The notes under the pieces were generated by a model, which made no database searches, was not told the origin of the DNA, and worked only from the letters and a program-made list of their open reading frames with translations. The position numbers and the translations under genes were made by a program. 64,000 nt of DNA from Mobula hypostoma (lineage: Eukaryota): the NCBI RefSeq assembly GCF_963921235.1, contig NC_086097.1, positions 186,808,001-186,872,000 on the forward strand, written 5' to 3'. Shown here piece by piece: positions 38,601-52,175 of this stretch (its first letter is position 1; each line of letters begins with the position of its first letter).

Positions 38601-39180
38601 CCTGACTCTATATTCCATCTGCTACTAATTTGCCTATTCTTCCAACTTGTCAGAGTCCTGCTGCAGACTCCCTGCTTCCTCACCACTACCGACCTCTCTA
38701 CCTATCTTTGTATCATTTGCAAACGTAGCCAGAAAACCATAAATTCTATCATCCAAATCACTGACATATAACATGAAAGGAACCGGTCCCTGCGAAACAC
38801 CACTTGTCATCAGCAGCCAATCAGAATAGGCCCCCTTTATTCCCACTCTTTGTCCACTGCCAATCTTTTATCTATGCTAGTATCTTTCCTGTAATATAAT
38901 GTACAGCATCTTGTCAAAGGTCTTCTGAAAATCCAAGTAAACAACATCCATTGACTCTCCTATGTCTATCTTGCCTGTTATTTCCTCAAAGAATTCCAAC
39001 AGATGTGCCAGGCAAGATTTCTCCTTAAGGAAACAATACTGACATTGGCCTATTTCATCATGTGCCTCCAAGTACCTCGAAATCTTGTCCTTAGTAATGG
39101 ACTAAAAACATCTTTCCAGCCACTAAAATCAGGCCAACTGGCCTATAATTTCCTTTCTTCTGCATCCCTCCTTACAGTCA
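35675..39180 (-). mobile_element. Degenerate CR1 split by an antisense CR1
   Basis: CATCACATTCCTGCTCTCATAT (to 36230) continues as ATCTTAGTTCTCTTGAAATGAATG (from about 38403), collinear with the copy at 19385-19440. Confidence 0.85.
36231..38402 (+). mobile_element. 5'-truncated CR1 nested in the 35675-39180 CR1
   Basis: [30 protein letters not shown]; tail TCTTATGGTCTTAT. Confidence 0.88.
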
Positions 39181-39951
39181 AGAGCCCTAACGATGTTTGT
39201 CAATTATTAATTGTCACTATTTTTGCTCAAAATATAATTGGATGGAGTCTAAATCTGTGCCTTGATTTCAGTCTATATATTTTTTTTAATAATTGTTTTT
39301 CCTCCCTTTCCTACTGGATACATAGATGGTAATGAAAATCTTAAAACTTTTATATTCAGGTTCAGAAGGAATATTCCTTTTATATCAACCTCTCAAGATA
39401 AAAGTACACATGTCAAATCCTAAAATCTGGAACAAACAAATCCCTAGAACCTTTCAGTTAAATGCACATTACTTAACCAATAATCCAATGGAAATGTAAA
39501 CTGATTTAATTTTCTGCAAAGGATGTATTTCCCATCTACATAATTAACTTGAGAAATAATTTGATGAGCTATCAATCATAAAACAAAAATTGCAAGAAAT
39601 TTTCAGCAAGTCACCCTGTATCTGTGAAGAGAGAAACAGTTATGTTGCAGATTGGCAGTCTTCTAAAACCTATTCTAAAATGACAAACAATATTTAGAAT
39701 GGGAAAAGGTATGGAAATAATAATGAAATTCTGAAAAACTGTGTTTTAAAGTTTTGAGGATTAGGAGGTAAAAAAAATGAACTTAAACAAAAGGCCTTCA
39801 ACAAATGTTCTGGGACAGGGCCAACATGTCAGCTCTCTTGATGACCCTACAAATGCTGTTGACTTACTGAGTATTTCAGGCATTTCAACATTAGGACTAA
39901 TTTGCTTTTGTATTAGCTTTACTTGGCAAATATTTTACAACTTATTTGTAC

Positions 39952-40043
39952 CTCCATTTACCATTGGTCCAGTCTTTCAGTTTCAAACCTGGTAGCTCCA
40001 TCCAACTGTTCACACTAATTGTTAGCATTGATCCATTCATCAT
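39952..40043 (-). CDS. OSGIN2: OSGIN2 internal coding exon (92 nt)
   Basis: TTTTTAG|MMNGSMLTISVNSWMELPGLKLKDWTNGKW(R)|GTACAA; absent from the ORF track; phases 0 and 2 fit both neighbours. Confidence 0.92.
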
Positions 40044-41462
40044 CTAAAAACACAGATTTGTTTTATTAAATGAGTGATTAAGTAAAGGGTCAAATTCTCA
40101 GCACAGATAAAATTTGTGGCTGCAAAAGATAAAAGATCAAGTATATTATACAAACAGCCATTGTGATTCCCACATTAGATTTTAGAAGCCTGAAGTTGGA
40201 GGATGAAGCAGGAAGACAGGGAAGTGTACTGAAGGTTCAGAATTTATGAATAAGTTATAGTATAAGTCCCTACTATAGGAAATAGGATACAAGAATGGTG
40301 CAAAAGAAATATTGAAATGTTGTCACACTTTGATTTTAGACTTTAAGGTTCAATAAATATTATGGTCAAAATGATAAAGAAGTTGAAGAACTATTGAAGA
40401 TTAGAACTACTAAAGGGAGAATAGCTGTTAGAGATTTCAGAAACGCAAGGAAATCAAAGAGCTAAATTTTGTATCTCATCTGCCATGCACCCATCAAAAA
40501 CCCAACAGAAGTGTTACAGAATGAATGTCCGCCAAGATGGTTACTTTGGGTTCTGGACTTTCTCAGGAGTTTCTCCAGCAAAAAGCACTTAAAATCTGCA
40601 GCCATTTTAATCAAAGTTTAGGTAAAATTTTCATTGTCTGATTGAAAAAGGTTTGAAAAATAGAATGTTTCAACCATTCGATAAGAAATATTGAAGTCGA
40701 TAAAAATTAATAAGCATGATGAAATGCACAGAGAAACAGCTACTCCAAACATATACATTCTCTGTAAATTCGCCATCATGATAATATAAAGAATCTGGGG
40801 ATGACATCTCACAAGTCATTAAAATACACAATAAATACTGCAAGGTTGATGTAAAAACAAATGTATTAATAGAATATATTATCAGGATGTTCAGAAAATA
40901 ACTGGAATTGCTATTGTCTTAAGCACCAAAATCATTATCGGTATTTTTCTTACCCATAATCTTGTTCACCATTGGCCAGACCTAACTTCCACACACTTAG
41001 TTCATTCAATCTAAAACCCTCTTCCACAACTTCAAATCCTTAGCTCCCTACCAATCTCCTGGTTTACATCCTCAGATCTTCAATTACTTTTTGGATACCT
41101 GTTCTTCTCCATTTACCCTTAATTTGCAAGAGTGATGCAGTACAAATTCATGATGTACTTTGTTGGCTATATTGTACTTTGACACATCCCGAGGTCATGA
41201 AAGTCAATTTATAATATGAAGCTCTTTTTATTGGTGGCAGACTGTTCCACTACTTTCTGCAATTCCATTCTCAATCATACCTGCATTTGAGTTTTGCATC
41301 TGCTGTGTCAAGTTCTCCAGGAGCACAAAGTCATAAAATATTTTCTAGCATTCCATGTACCCACTCCAAGTTAAGCAGAATCCTCTAATCATGTTAATAT
41401 TGTTAATACATCTAATTACTTTTGGGCTATAAAATATTATGGTCCCGAGATAAGATACTAAC

Positions 41463-41654
41463 ATGCCATGAACCACCAGGTGGTCCTTTTCCCAGCACAA
41501 TGTGAGGAATGCTGTTGTGTTTTTCTTGTTTCCACTGTACAACTGAAGGAGAATCAAACCTAAAATCTGCTTCAGGGTGAAGAAGTGCATCAAAGAGCAG
41601 TGCCACTGGATTGGTTGACCTGCCTTCAAGACCTTCCGAAAGATATTCCAAATC
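41463..41654 (-). CDS. OSGIN2: OSGIN2 internal coding exon (192 nt)
   Basis: TTTTTCAG|DLEYLSEGLEGRSTNPVALLFDALLHP...HIVLGKGPPGGSWH|GTTAGT. Confidence 0.93.
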
Positions 41655-41994
41655 CTGAAAAACGTAAAGGTGTATCAATAATAGGTAAAGATTCTTCTAG
41701 CACCATAGTACCTTAATTCAGATATCATTCGATATTTATCCAATTACATTTGATAAATTAAGCTCTCCCTACAAATCCTACATTTTTCTTTTGATGAATG
41801 ATGGACGAAGCCTTGCTTTATATTTTACATCCAACCATCTAAGAATGTATCCTAGGACAATTACTCTGGTATTTGAACTGGACCTGGACGAACAAGCTCA
41901 TCATTAATTTAGTATACCTTCAAAATAGTTTTTGTTGAAAGCAAAACTGAACTTGATGCAAACCAGTGAACATTAAATCTATTGTGTTTGTTGA

Positions 41995-42420
41995 GAACAT
42001 AAGAAATAGGACTAAGAATATCAATCGTGGTTAATATTCGACACCAATGCCATTTTCCTGTGCAATTCACATACCCATTGATTTCCTCTAATATCTAGAT
42101 ATCAATTGAACTTCATTTTAAATGAACTCAACAATTGAACCTCCAATGCCCTCAGATAAAGATGTCGGAAGATTCACCACACTCTGTACGAAGAATTTTT
42201 TCCTCAGTCCAGTGCTAAAAATCCTACTCCTTATTCCTAAACTGTGATATTGACTCCGCTGTCAGGAAAATATCCTTTCTGCATCCAGCTTGTTTACCCT
42301 GCACAAACTGTGCAAGCTTCAATGAGTTCTCATTCTTGAAAACTCTAGACAATACAGACCTAATCTCCTTGATCTCTGCTCATACAACAAACTAGGCACC
42401 AGTCCAAACTTTGTGCACAA
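41995..42420 (-). mobile_element. Degenerate CR1 3' end
   Basis: GAACATAAGAAATAGGA tail side; LGLYCLEFSRMR. Confidence 0.6.
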
Positions 42421-42560
42421 TCTTAATGAGAAGTACATTTTGTTTTTGCTAAAGAGAGCAAAACTATACATAATTTCTCTGGTACAGTGTTGCCAAATCA
42501 CTATACAAGTGCAGTAAGACATTGTACTCAAATCCTCTTGCAACTGAGCCAAAGTACCAT

Positions 42561-43641
42561 CTCTCCCATTTCACGCACATCTGCTCTCATCCCATCCTCC
42601 CGCCACCCCACTAGGAATAGGGTTCTCCTTGTCCTCACCTACCACCCAACCAGCCTCCAGGTCCAACATATTATTCTCCGTAACTTCCGCCACCTCCAAC
42701 AGGATCCCACCACTAAGCACATCTTTCCCTTCCCCCTCTTTCTCTGCTTTCCGCAGGGATCGCTCCCTATGCGACTCCCTTGTCCATTTGTCCCCCCCCA
42801 TCCCTCCCCACTGATCTCCCTCCTGGCACTTATCCTTGTAAGCGGAACAAGTGCTACACAAGCCCTTACACTTCCTCCCTTACCACCATTCAGGGCCCCA
42901 GACAGTCCTTCCAGGTGAGGTGACACTTCACCTGTGAGACAGCTGGGGTGATATACCGCGTCCAGTGCTCCCTATGCGGCCTTGTATATATTGGCGAGAC
43001 CCGATGCAGACTGGGAGACCACTTTGCTGAACACCTACGCTCTGTCTGCCAGAGAACGCAGGATCTCCCAGTGGTCACACATTTTAATTCCCATTCCCAT
43101 TCTGATATGTCTATCCACGGCCTCCTCTACTGTCAAGATGAAGCCACACTCAGGTTGGAGGAACACCACCTTATATTCCATCTGGGTAGCCTCCAACCTG
43201 ATGGCATGAACACTGACTTCGCTAACTTCCATTAATGCACCACCTCCCCTTTGTACCCCATCTGTTATTTATTTATTTATTATCAGGTTTTTTTTCTTTT
43301 TCTCTCTCTTTCCTTTATCTCCCTCTGTCCCTCTTACTATACTCCTTGCCCATCCTCTGGGCTTCCCCACTTCCCCTTTCTTTCTCCCTAGGCCTCCCCT
43401 CCCATGATCCTCTCATATGCCTTTTGCCAATCAACTTTCCAGCTCTTGGCTCCATCCCTCCCCCTCCTGTCTTCTCCTATCCTTTCGGATCTCCCCCTCC
43501 TCCTCCCACTTTCAAATCTCTTACTAACTCTTCCTTCAGTTAGTCCTGACGAAGGATCTCAGCCCGAAACGTCAACTGTATCTCTTCCTATAGATGCTGC
43601 CTGGCCTGCTGCGTTCACCAGCATTTTTTATGTGTGTTGCT
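42561..43641 (+). mobile_element. 5'-truncated Penelope-like element (GIY-YIG endonuclease and terminal repeat)
   Basis: VLTYHP linker; IYRVQCSLCGLVYIGETRCRLGDHFAEHL...RLEEHHLIFHLGSLQPDGMN; possible TSD GTACCAT at 42554-42560 and 43642-43648. Confidence 0.9.
43541..43578 (+). ncRNA. Minimal type-I hammerhead ribozyme motif (PLE-associated)
   Basis: UAGUC-CUGACGA-A-GGAUCUCAGCCC-GAAAC-GUC-AACUG: core and GUC intact; single mismatches in stems I and II. Confidence 0.62.
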
Positions 43642-44059
43642 GTACCATTAACCATATCATTTACTACACCTGCATATTGATAATCTGACTTGTGTAGAAG
43701 AACACGTCAGTCTCTTTAATTACCAATAATAGCTAATCTTTCACTATTTAATAATATTGTTTTTGTTCTATGCACCAAAGCAGGTAACTTATCTTCCTGT
43801 ATTATATACGGAGAGTAAAGCACCCTGATTACTGTATTTTTCTGTTTGATGCATCTTTAATTTCTTTATGCCATGATCAATATACCAATTATTGTTTATT
43901 TTATAATAAGTCATAAAGTTTTCCATCTTTTGCATTTCCTTAGCTTGACTTGAAGTGACTATTTCTGCAGCATAATCAGCAAGACCATGATTATTTCTCA
44001 CCACTATACTAATTTATCTTTTATTAATAGGTAAGGAAGTCTAGATTCTGTAATAAGTT

Positions 44060-44990
44060 ATACTGAATCAAAATCAGGTTTATTATTAGTCATATATTGT
44101 GAAATTTGTTTTATGGAAACAATCGATGCAATACATAAAATATATAATAAATTACAATAAATATTACAATATATAGCATATACATAGTGCAATAAGTTAG
44201 CAGAAATAGTGAAATAGTGTTCTTGGACTGTTCAAAAATCTGATGGTGGAGAGGAAGAAGCTGTTCCTAAAACATAGAGTGTCTCTCTTCAGGCTTATGT
44301 GCTTCCACCCTGATAGTAGTAATGATAAAAGGGCACATCCTGAGTTGTGGAAAGATGTCCTCAATATTGGGGACATTATTTTCCATGCTTGGCAAATTAA
44401 TTTACAGATGGTGTAAAAGCTTTATTAAAACTCAAAATACTCTACATGAAAGGTGTCCAATTTTTCAACATCCAAAATACTTGCATTCAAGTATTTTGTT
44501 TGTAAACTTTACTTTCTATACAACTAAACAGTAATATTTTAATGCATAATAGAAAATTGGTTTATTATTGTCATCTGTATCAAGATACAGTGAAAAGCTT
44601 TTGGTTACACGGCGTGCAGGCAGATCATTCCATTTATAATTAGTTGGTAATACAAAAGGGGTCGGGAAAACAGAATGCAGAATATAGTGTCAGTTAATGA
44701 GCAAGTGCTGTGCAAGCAGGCAAATAACCGGTAAAGACCATGACAAGGTAGACTGAGAGATCAATAGTTCATCTTTATTGTACAAGGGGTGTTTTCAAAT
44801 GTCTTATTGCAGTGGTATAGAAACTTGTCTTTGAGCTTGGTGGTACAAGTTCTCAGGTTTTTGTTTCTTGCCTGGTGGGAGGGGGGAGAAAAGAGAATGA
44901 CTAGGGTAAGAGTGGTCCTTGATTATGTTGGCTGTGTTCTTCAGGCAGTAGAAAGCGCAGACCATGGTGGATAGTCTGATTTTCATGTCA
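44060..44990 (-). mobile_element. Degenerate Rex1/Babar-type LINE 3' fragments
   Basis: ANIIKDHSYPSHSLFSPLPPGK resembles ARIIKDTTHPANTVFVPLPSGRR at 54051; a second remnant lies near 44220-44350. Confidence 0.55.
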
Positions 44991-45101
44991 GACAGTTTAG
45001 TATAACTTTAAGTTTTATTTTACATTTCTAGAAAGGACAGCAACAAAAAAGGAAATTAAAATGAATACATTGATACACAAATTATTGACAATGCAACTAA
45101 C

Positions 45102-45238
45102 CTGATCCACAACAGAAACATTTACTCCTTCTTCCAATTTGTTATTAAGGATTGGATTTAGATGTACAGCTCCTGGTGCTTTGTATGGTCTATATCCAGA
45201 CAGCAGGTAGGAAAGACATATTCCAGAGGGACCATTTC
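45102..45238 (-). CDS. OSGIN2: OSGIN2 internal coding exon (137 nt)
   Basis: ATCCAG|(G)NGPSGICLSYLLSGYRPYKAPGAVHLNPILNNKLEEGVNVSVVDQ|GTTAGT; completes the dinucleotide-binding GxGxxG motif; absent from the ORF track. Confidence 0.93.
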
Positions 45239-45361
45239 CTGGATTTAATTTTGCAACAGTGTTATATTAATATAGAATTTCTAAGACAAACTTAAGCTAA
45301 CTTAAATTACACCATCTTTATATAACCAGTGCAAGTAAACATGCTTTACATAGTTTGTGTA

Positions 45362-46801
45362 TCTTTTAAAAAAGGAGGGAGAGAGAAACCGGGGAATTAT
45401 AGACCGGTTAGCCTAACGTCGGTGGTGGGGAAACTGCTGGAGTCAGTTATCAAGGACGTGATAACAGCACATTTGGAAAGCAGTGAAATGATCGGACAAA
45501 GTCAGCATGGATTTGTGAAAGGAAAATCATGTCTGACGAATCTCACAGAATTTTTTGAGGATGTAACTAGTAGAGTGGATAGGGGAGAACCAGCGGATGT
45601 GGTATATTTGGATTTTCAAAAGGCTTTTGACAAGGTCCCACACAGGAGATTAGTGTGCAAACTTAAAGCACACGGTATTGGGGGTAAGGTATTGGTGTGG
45701 GTGGAGAATTGGTTAGCAGACAGGAAGCAAAGAGTGGGAATAAACGGGACCTTTTCAGAATGGCAGGCGGTGACTAGTGGGGTACCGCAAGGCTCAGTGC
45801 TGGGACCCCAGTTGTTTACAATATATATTAATGACTTGGATGAGGGAATTAAATGCAGCATCTCCAAGTTTCCGGATGACACGAAGCTGGGTGGCAGTGT
45901 TAGCTGTGAGGAGGATGCTAAGAGGATGTAGGGTGACTTGGATAGGTTGGGTGAGTGGGCAAATTCATGGCAGATGCAATTTAATGTGGATAAATGTGAA
46001 GTTATCCACTTTGGTGGCAAAAATAGGAAAACAGATTATTATCTGAATGGTGGCCGATTAGGAAAAGGGGAGGTGCAACGAGACCTGGGTGTCATTATAC
46101 ATCAGTCATTGAAAGTGGGCATGCAGGTACAGCAGGCGGTGAAAAAGGCGAATGGTATGCTGGCATTTATAGCGAGAGGATTCGAGTACAGGAGCAGGGA
46201 GGTACTACTGCAGTTGTACAAGGCCTTGGTGAGACCACACCTGGAGTATTGTGTGCAGTTTTGGTCCCCTAATCTGAGGAAAGACATCTTCGCCATAGAG
46301 GGAGTACAAAGAAGGTTCACCAGATTGATTCCTGGGATGGCAGGACTTTCATATGAAGAAAGACTGGATGAACTGGGCTTGTACTCATTGGAATTTAGAA
46401 GATTAAGGGGGGATCTGATTGAAACGTATAAGATCCTAAAGGGATTGGACAGGCTAGATGCAGGAAGATTGTTCCTGATGTTGGGGAAGTCCAGAACGAG
46501 GGGTCACAGTTTGAGGATAGAGGGGAAGCCTTTTAGGACCGAGATTAGGAAAAACTTCTTCACACAGAGAGTGGTGCATCTGTGGAATTCTCTGCCACAG
46601 GAAACTGTTGAGGCCAGTTCATTGGCTATATTTAAGAGGGAGTTAGATATGGCCCTTATGGCTACGGGGGTCAGGGGGTATGGAGGGAAGGCTGGGGCGG
46701 GGTTCTGAGTTGGATGATCAGCCATGATCATAATAAATGGCGGTGCAGGCTCAAAGGGCCGAATGGCCTACTCCTGCACCTATTTTCTATGTTTCTATGT
46801 T
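45362..46801 (+). mobile_element. Young 5'-truncated CR1
   Basis: Nearly identical to 60300-61744; one premature stop and FPDD in place of FADD; (TTTCTATG)n tail. Confidence 0.95.
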
Positions 46802-47113
46802 TTATTGATGTCAATAGAATGTAAAACCTTCCAAAACCCAATAGAGGGTAAGAACAAAGACTGTTTGCCAGATAGGTTAACTTTTCACTAAATATTCAAT
46901 GACATTTCATTTAAATTTCAAAAGTGAAATTAGAAAATAAAATCACAAATCAAAATACAAGTTACCCATGGAAATGAAAGAATAATTAAGCATTTAATTT
47001 AACTGAGGCTTAATCAGCTTGAAATTATACATAATTAATATATCATTTTGGGCAACTATGTATGAATGTCACTTGGCCACAACACACTAAAGATAATATA
47101 ATGACACCTGAAT

Positions 47114-47565
47114 TACACTCCCTGGCCACTTTGTTAGATACATGTACTCATTAATGCAAATATCTAATCACCCAATCATGTGGCAGCAACTCAAAGCATA
47201 AAAGCATACAGACATGGTCACAAAGTTCAGTTGTTGTTTAGACTAAGCATCAGAATGGGGAATAAATGTGACCTAATTATGACTTAAACTGTGCAATGAT
47301 TGTTGGTCAGACAGAGTGATTTGAGTATTTCAGAAACCGCTGTTCTCCTGGCATTTTCACACACAACAACAGCCTCTAAAGTTTACAGAACATAGTACAA
47401 GAAACAAAAATATATCCAGCAGCTCTGTGGGCAAAAATGCCTTGCTAACCAGAGGGCTCAGATGAAAATGGCTAGGTTCAAGCTGTCTGAAAGGTGACAG
47501 TAACTCAAATAACCACATGCTACAACAGCAGTGTTCAGAAGACCATCTCTGAATGCACAACACAA
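47114..47565 (+). mobile_element. Tc1-like transposon remnant
   Basis: TA then CACTCCCTGGCCACTTTGTTAGATAC TIR-like start; AATCATGTGGCAGCAACTC...CATCAGAATGGGGA...ATGATTGTTGGT typical of fish Tc1 5' ends. Confidence 0.6.
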
Positions 47566-47749
47566 CTACAATATGAATGAATGTGCCTCATGACTGTAAA
47601 ACATTGAAATTCATGCTCCTTGATGTTTAGATTGTGCTTAAAACACAACTAAAATTACATTAATGCAGCAGTAGGGTTACTTTTGAGTAATTAAAGTGAC
47701 AGCCAGGGACCTTATGGAAAAAAAATTATACTGCCCTGTTAGATTCAGC

Positions 47750-48820
47750 AAAATGCCTAGCATGGATAAAGCAGTGGCAGGAGGCAGAGTAGGAACAAAG
47801 GGAGCTTCTCTGGTTGGCTGCCAGTGACTAATGGTGTTCCACAGCGGCCTGTATTGGGACGTTTTCTTTTCACGTTGGTGGAATTTGTTGCAAAGTTTGC
47901 AGATGATACGAAAATAGGTGGACGGGCAGCTAGTTTCGAGGAAGTAGGAGGCTACAGAAGCACTTAGACAGATTAGGAGAATGGGCAAAGAAGTAGCAGA
48001 TGGAATAGCATGCTGGGAAGCGTATGGTCATGCACTTTGGTAGGAGAAATGAAAGGATTGACTATTTTCTAAACGGAGAGAAAATACAAAAAACGAAGTG
48101 CAAAGGGACTTGGGAGCCCTTGTGCAGAATTCCCTAAAGGCTAATATGCAGGTTGAGTCTGTGGTGAGGAACACAAATGCGACATTACCAATTCATTGCA
48201 AGAGAACTAGAATATAAAATCAAATATGTAATGTTGAGACTTTATAGAGCACTGCTGAGGCCTCATTTGGAGTACTGTGAAGAATTTTGGGCCCCTTAGA
48301 AAGGACCTGCTGAAACTGAAGCGGGTTCAAAGGAGGTTCACAAAAGTGATTCCAGGATTGGTTGGTTTACCATATAAAGATCACTTGACGGTTCTGGGTC
48401 TGTATTCACTACAATTCAGAATAATGAGGGGTGACCTCAGTAAAACCTACTGAGTGGTGAAAGGCCTTGAAAGAGTGGATGTGCAGAGGATATTCCGTAT
48501 GGTGGGAGAGTTTAAGACCAGAAGACACTGCCTCAGAATAGAGGGTTGTTCCTTTAGAACGATGAAGAGGAGGAATTTCTTTAGCCAAAAAGAGTGGTTA
48601 ATCTGGAATTCTTTGACACAGGCAGCTGTAGAGGCCAAGTCTTTATGTTTATTTAAGGCAGAGGTTGATAGATTCTTGATTGGTTAGGGCATGAAGAGAT
48701 ATAGGGGAGGGAAGGGGGAGAAGATTGGGGCTGAAGAGGAAAATTTGACCAGGTATTGATGGAATGGTGGAGAAGACTCGATGGGTCAAATGAACTAATT
48801 CTGCTGCTATACCTTATTCT
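47750..48820 (+). mobile_element. Degenerate CR1 RT and 3' end
   Basis: GCAAAGTTTGCAGATGATACG (AKFADDT); GEFKTRRHCLRIEG; CR1 3' UTR. Confidence 0.85.
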
Positions 48821-49569
48821 GTGTGGAGTCCAACATATTTGAAAGGTCAGTCAAGGGTGGGTTAAAAATGTGGGTTCATTGCCAATTTATTGCCAGTCCT
48901 GAAAAGAATGATTTTCCAGCAGGATGCCAGTCCGGAAAAACATGTAATAAAATCTAGGCCTAAAACTCATTGATCTAAAATAATGGGTCAGGTTATTCAA
49001 ATTTCCCACCTAGCATCAGGGTCGCATTAAACACCTTGGCCTACAAAGCTCCCAATGACTTTGTACCGTTGACTCCATAACCAACCTGCAAGCGTGCAGG
49101 TAATATATTCCTCTTATGCCCTGGGGCAACCTTGCTTCCAGTACTGCTCTGTCAGCATTTGACATTTCACAACAAGTAAAATTGTCTTTTGGCTAAAAAC
49201 AAAACTAGTTTAAATAGTTAAAGACAATAGATTTATTTAGAAATACAGAACACGTTAATTAATAATACATAAGCAAAAATGTACTTATACTTCCAACATT
49301 CATAAAGCGGGTATATTACTGAGTGACGAAACTTGAGACTAATATGACAGGATGCAGGGAAAACTTCAACAGTTACACAGTAATATCTATACAAATATTC
49401 AGAAAGCCACAATACTAAACACTCCTGAATAGTCCGAAAGTTCGTAGCATTGACAAATCAGCGTGCTTGGTTATGCCTGTACCTCTGGTTTTACCAACTT
49501 AAGCTGAGAGGAAAAAAAATAATATAGTGCCATACATGTAATTTGATAATAAATTACTTTGAACTTTGA

Positions 49570-52175
49570 GATAACCTCTCACTTTCCTGTGCTGCAGTGG
49601 TAGAAGATCCAGCGTGGTCAACTTCCCCATACAACTCAGCTTCCTTGTAAATCTGCTCTCTACGTTTCCCCGTCCTATAACAGGGTGACCAAACCTGTAC
49701 ATGATACTCCAAGTACAGCCTCACCAACAACTTGTGTGACTACAAAACAATGTCCCTACTCCTCAACACAGTGCTCAGACTGATGAAGGCCAGCACGCTA
49801 AACACATTCTTCGCTACCCTATCTACCTTCTATGAACTGTGCACGTATACTCCCAGGTCCTCTGTTGTACATCAGTGCTCTACCATTCACTGTATAGGTC
49901 CTACTATGGTTTGACCGTCCAAAGTGCATCATCTCACAATTAATCAAATTGGAGACCATTTGCCACTCCTCAGCTCATCTCCCTAATGGATCAAGATCTC
50001 TTTGCGATACATTGTAAGGAGCTTTACTATCAAGACTCCCAATTTGCTATCAGCATATTTGCTGTTCTTGCTATGAACACTCATATTTACATAAATAACA
50101 AATAACAGAGGTCCCACCACTGACCACTGGGACACCTCCCTTAGTCACAGGCCTCCAGCTGGAGAATCAGGTCTTAACCATCACCCTCTACCTCCCATCA
50201 AGACAATTCTGAATCCACTTCACCAATTCTTCTGAATCTCATGCAACCTAACCTTCTAGATCAGCCTGTCAAGTAGGACCTTATCGAGGCCTTACCAAAA
50301 CCCATATAGACAACAATCACCACCACACCACCTTGACTATCAAAGTGATCTTGCCTCTTAGAAATCCCTCCAGCAACTTCCCCACAACTGAAGTCAGTCA
50401 CAATGGCCTGTAGTTTCCTGGCCTGTCCTTGCTGCCCTTCTTGAATAATGGAATAACATTAGCCACCCTTGAGTGTTCTGGATCTTCACCAGTGGCTAAT
50501 GACAGAGCAAGTAATTCTACAAAGGACTTGGTGATTTCTTCCCTGGCCTCTCATAAAGCCTAGGGGTACACTTGATCAGTCTCTGGGGATTTGCCCACCT
50601 TAACGTGATTCAAGGTTGCAAATACCTTCCTTTTAATATGCATGTACTTATTACCATTTTTTGTTTGCCATCTATGATATTCTTGTTCCCACAGACTACT
50701 GGGGGGGTGGGGTGGAAGAAATACACATTAAAAATCTCAGCCATCTCCCATCGCTCCAATCATAGATGGCCCTACTGGACTTTAAGAGGACCTAGTGCCT
50801 CCCTCGTCCCCTTTTATTACCAATATAACTGAAGATCTTCTTAGGGTTGTCCTTAACCCTGCCTGCCAACCCATCTCATACCTTTGTTTTGCTCTCCAGA
50901 TTTCCCTCTTAAGCCTGCTCTTAAACTTTTTATATTTGTTGAAGGATTCAGCCAAGGTTCCCTGAACTTGGTATATCTACCCTTCACCCTTTGGATTCTT
51001 GATATAACCCATTTAAAAGCCTTTCACTTGCCAGCTGTTCTCTTGGCCTTAAATTGAGTCACTCAGTCAACCCCAGCTAGGTCATGCCTAATGCCCTGAA
51101 AGTTGGCCCTGTTCCAGTTCAAGGCTTTTACCCATGGATCTGGTCTCTCTTTTTCCATAACTTTTTAAACAGATAATAGCACTGTAGTCACTGGTTCCAA
51201 AGTGCTTCCCAACAGCCATTTTAGTTACTTGGTTTACCTCTTCCCCAAGAGGAGGTCCAGTATTGTTCCTTCCTGAGAATATTGTGTGAGGAAACCACCT
51301 TGAAAGCACCCCATCCAACCTGTGCACTCTGGGTAGCCCAGCTGATACCAGGAAAGTTAAAATCTTCAATTATTTTTACGGCTATGTGCAATTTCTTCAC
51401 ATATCTGCTCAAGTTCCCATGGACTACTGGGGAAAGGGGTGGCAGGGGAAGGCTTGGTCTACAATACCTCTTCTTATTTCTTAGTTTTATCCAAATAGCT
51501 TCATTTGACGATCCTTCAAGAATATCCTCTCTAAGCAAAGCTGTCATGTTCTCCCTGATTAAAAGGGCAACAACCCTCCATTCTTGCCTGCTCTTCTGTC
51601 ACACATCCAGATTCCAGATCATCGAGCTGCCAGTCCTGCCCTTCTCTCAGCCACATTTTTCTTCTGGCCATAATATTCCTGTCCCTATATGCAATCCATG
51701 GCCTCCGTTCATCTGCCTTACCCATTTAGTTATGCACATTGAAATAGCTGCAATTTAAAGCAGTGGCCCTATTTGCCCTTTTCCTGTAAACTCAGCTATC
51801 TATCGTGGTTGCTAGGTTTACACTCTTTGGTTGCCGCACATACCTGTCTTCTCACTGATACTTCCCTCAGGAGTCCCACCCCCCTTGCCAATGTAGTTTA
51901 AGCTCCACCCCAACTGTGGCAAAAGCAAATTTGCCCAGCAGGCTATTGGCCCCACTTCTCGTTCAAGTGGAGTCCATCTGTCCTGCACAGGTCACCTCTA
52001 CCCACGAAGAGATCCCAATGATCCAATAATCTGAATCTTTGGCCTCTGCACCATGTCTTCAGCCACACATTCAACTAGCCTCTCTTTTTATTCCTGGACT
52101 TACTAACATGTAGCACCAGGGTAATCCAGACATCACTACCCTCAAAATTCTGAATTTTAATTTCTTATCTAATTA
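49570..52175 (-). mobile_element. Old degenerate CR1 (ORF1 end and ORF2)
   Basis: ALLREDILEGSSNEAIWIKLRNKK, DFNFP, GTSDY; the ORF1 remnant appears to continue at about 54515-54575 beyond the Rex1 insertion. Confidence 0.7.

Noticed and set aside
6552..43578. Selection keeping intronic hammerheads antisense to host genes
   Set aside because: True for both intronic copies (6552 in the presumed NBN intron, 43541 in OSGIN2), but two cases are not evidence.
45616..46731. Antisense ORFs overlapping CR1 RT (also 60554-61669)
   Set aside because: Shadow frames shared only because the copies are near-identical; no independent evidence of function.
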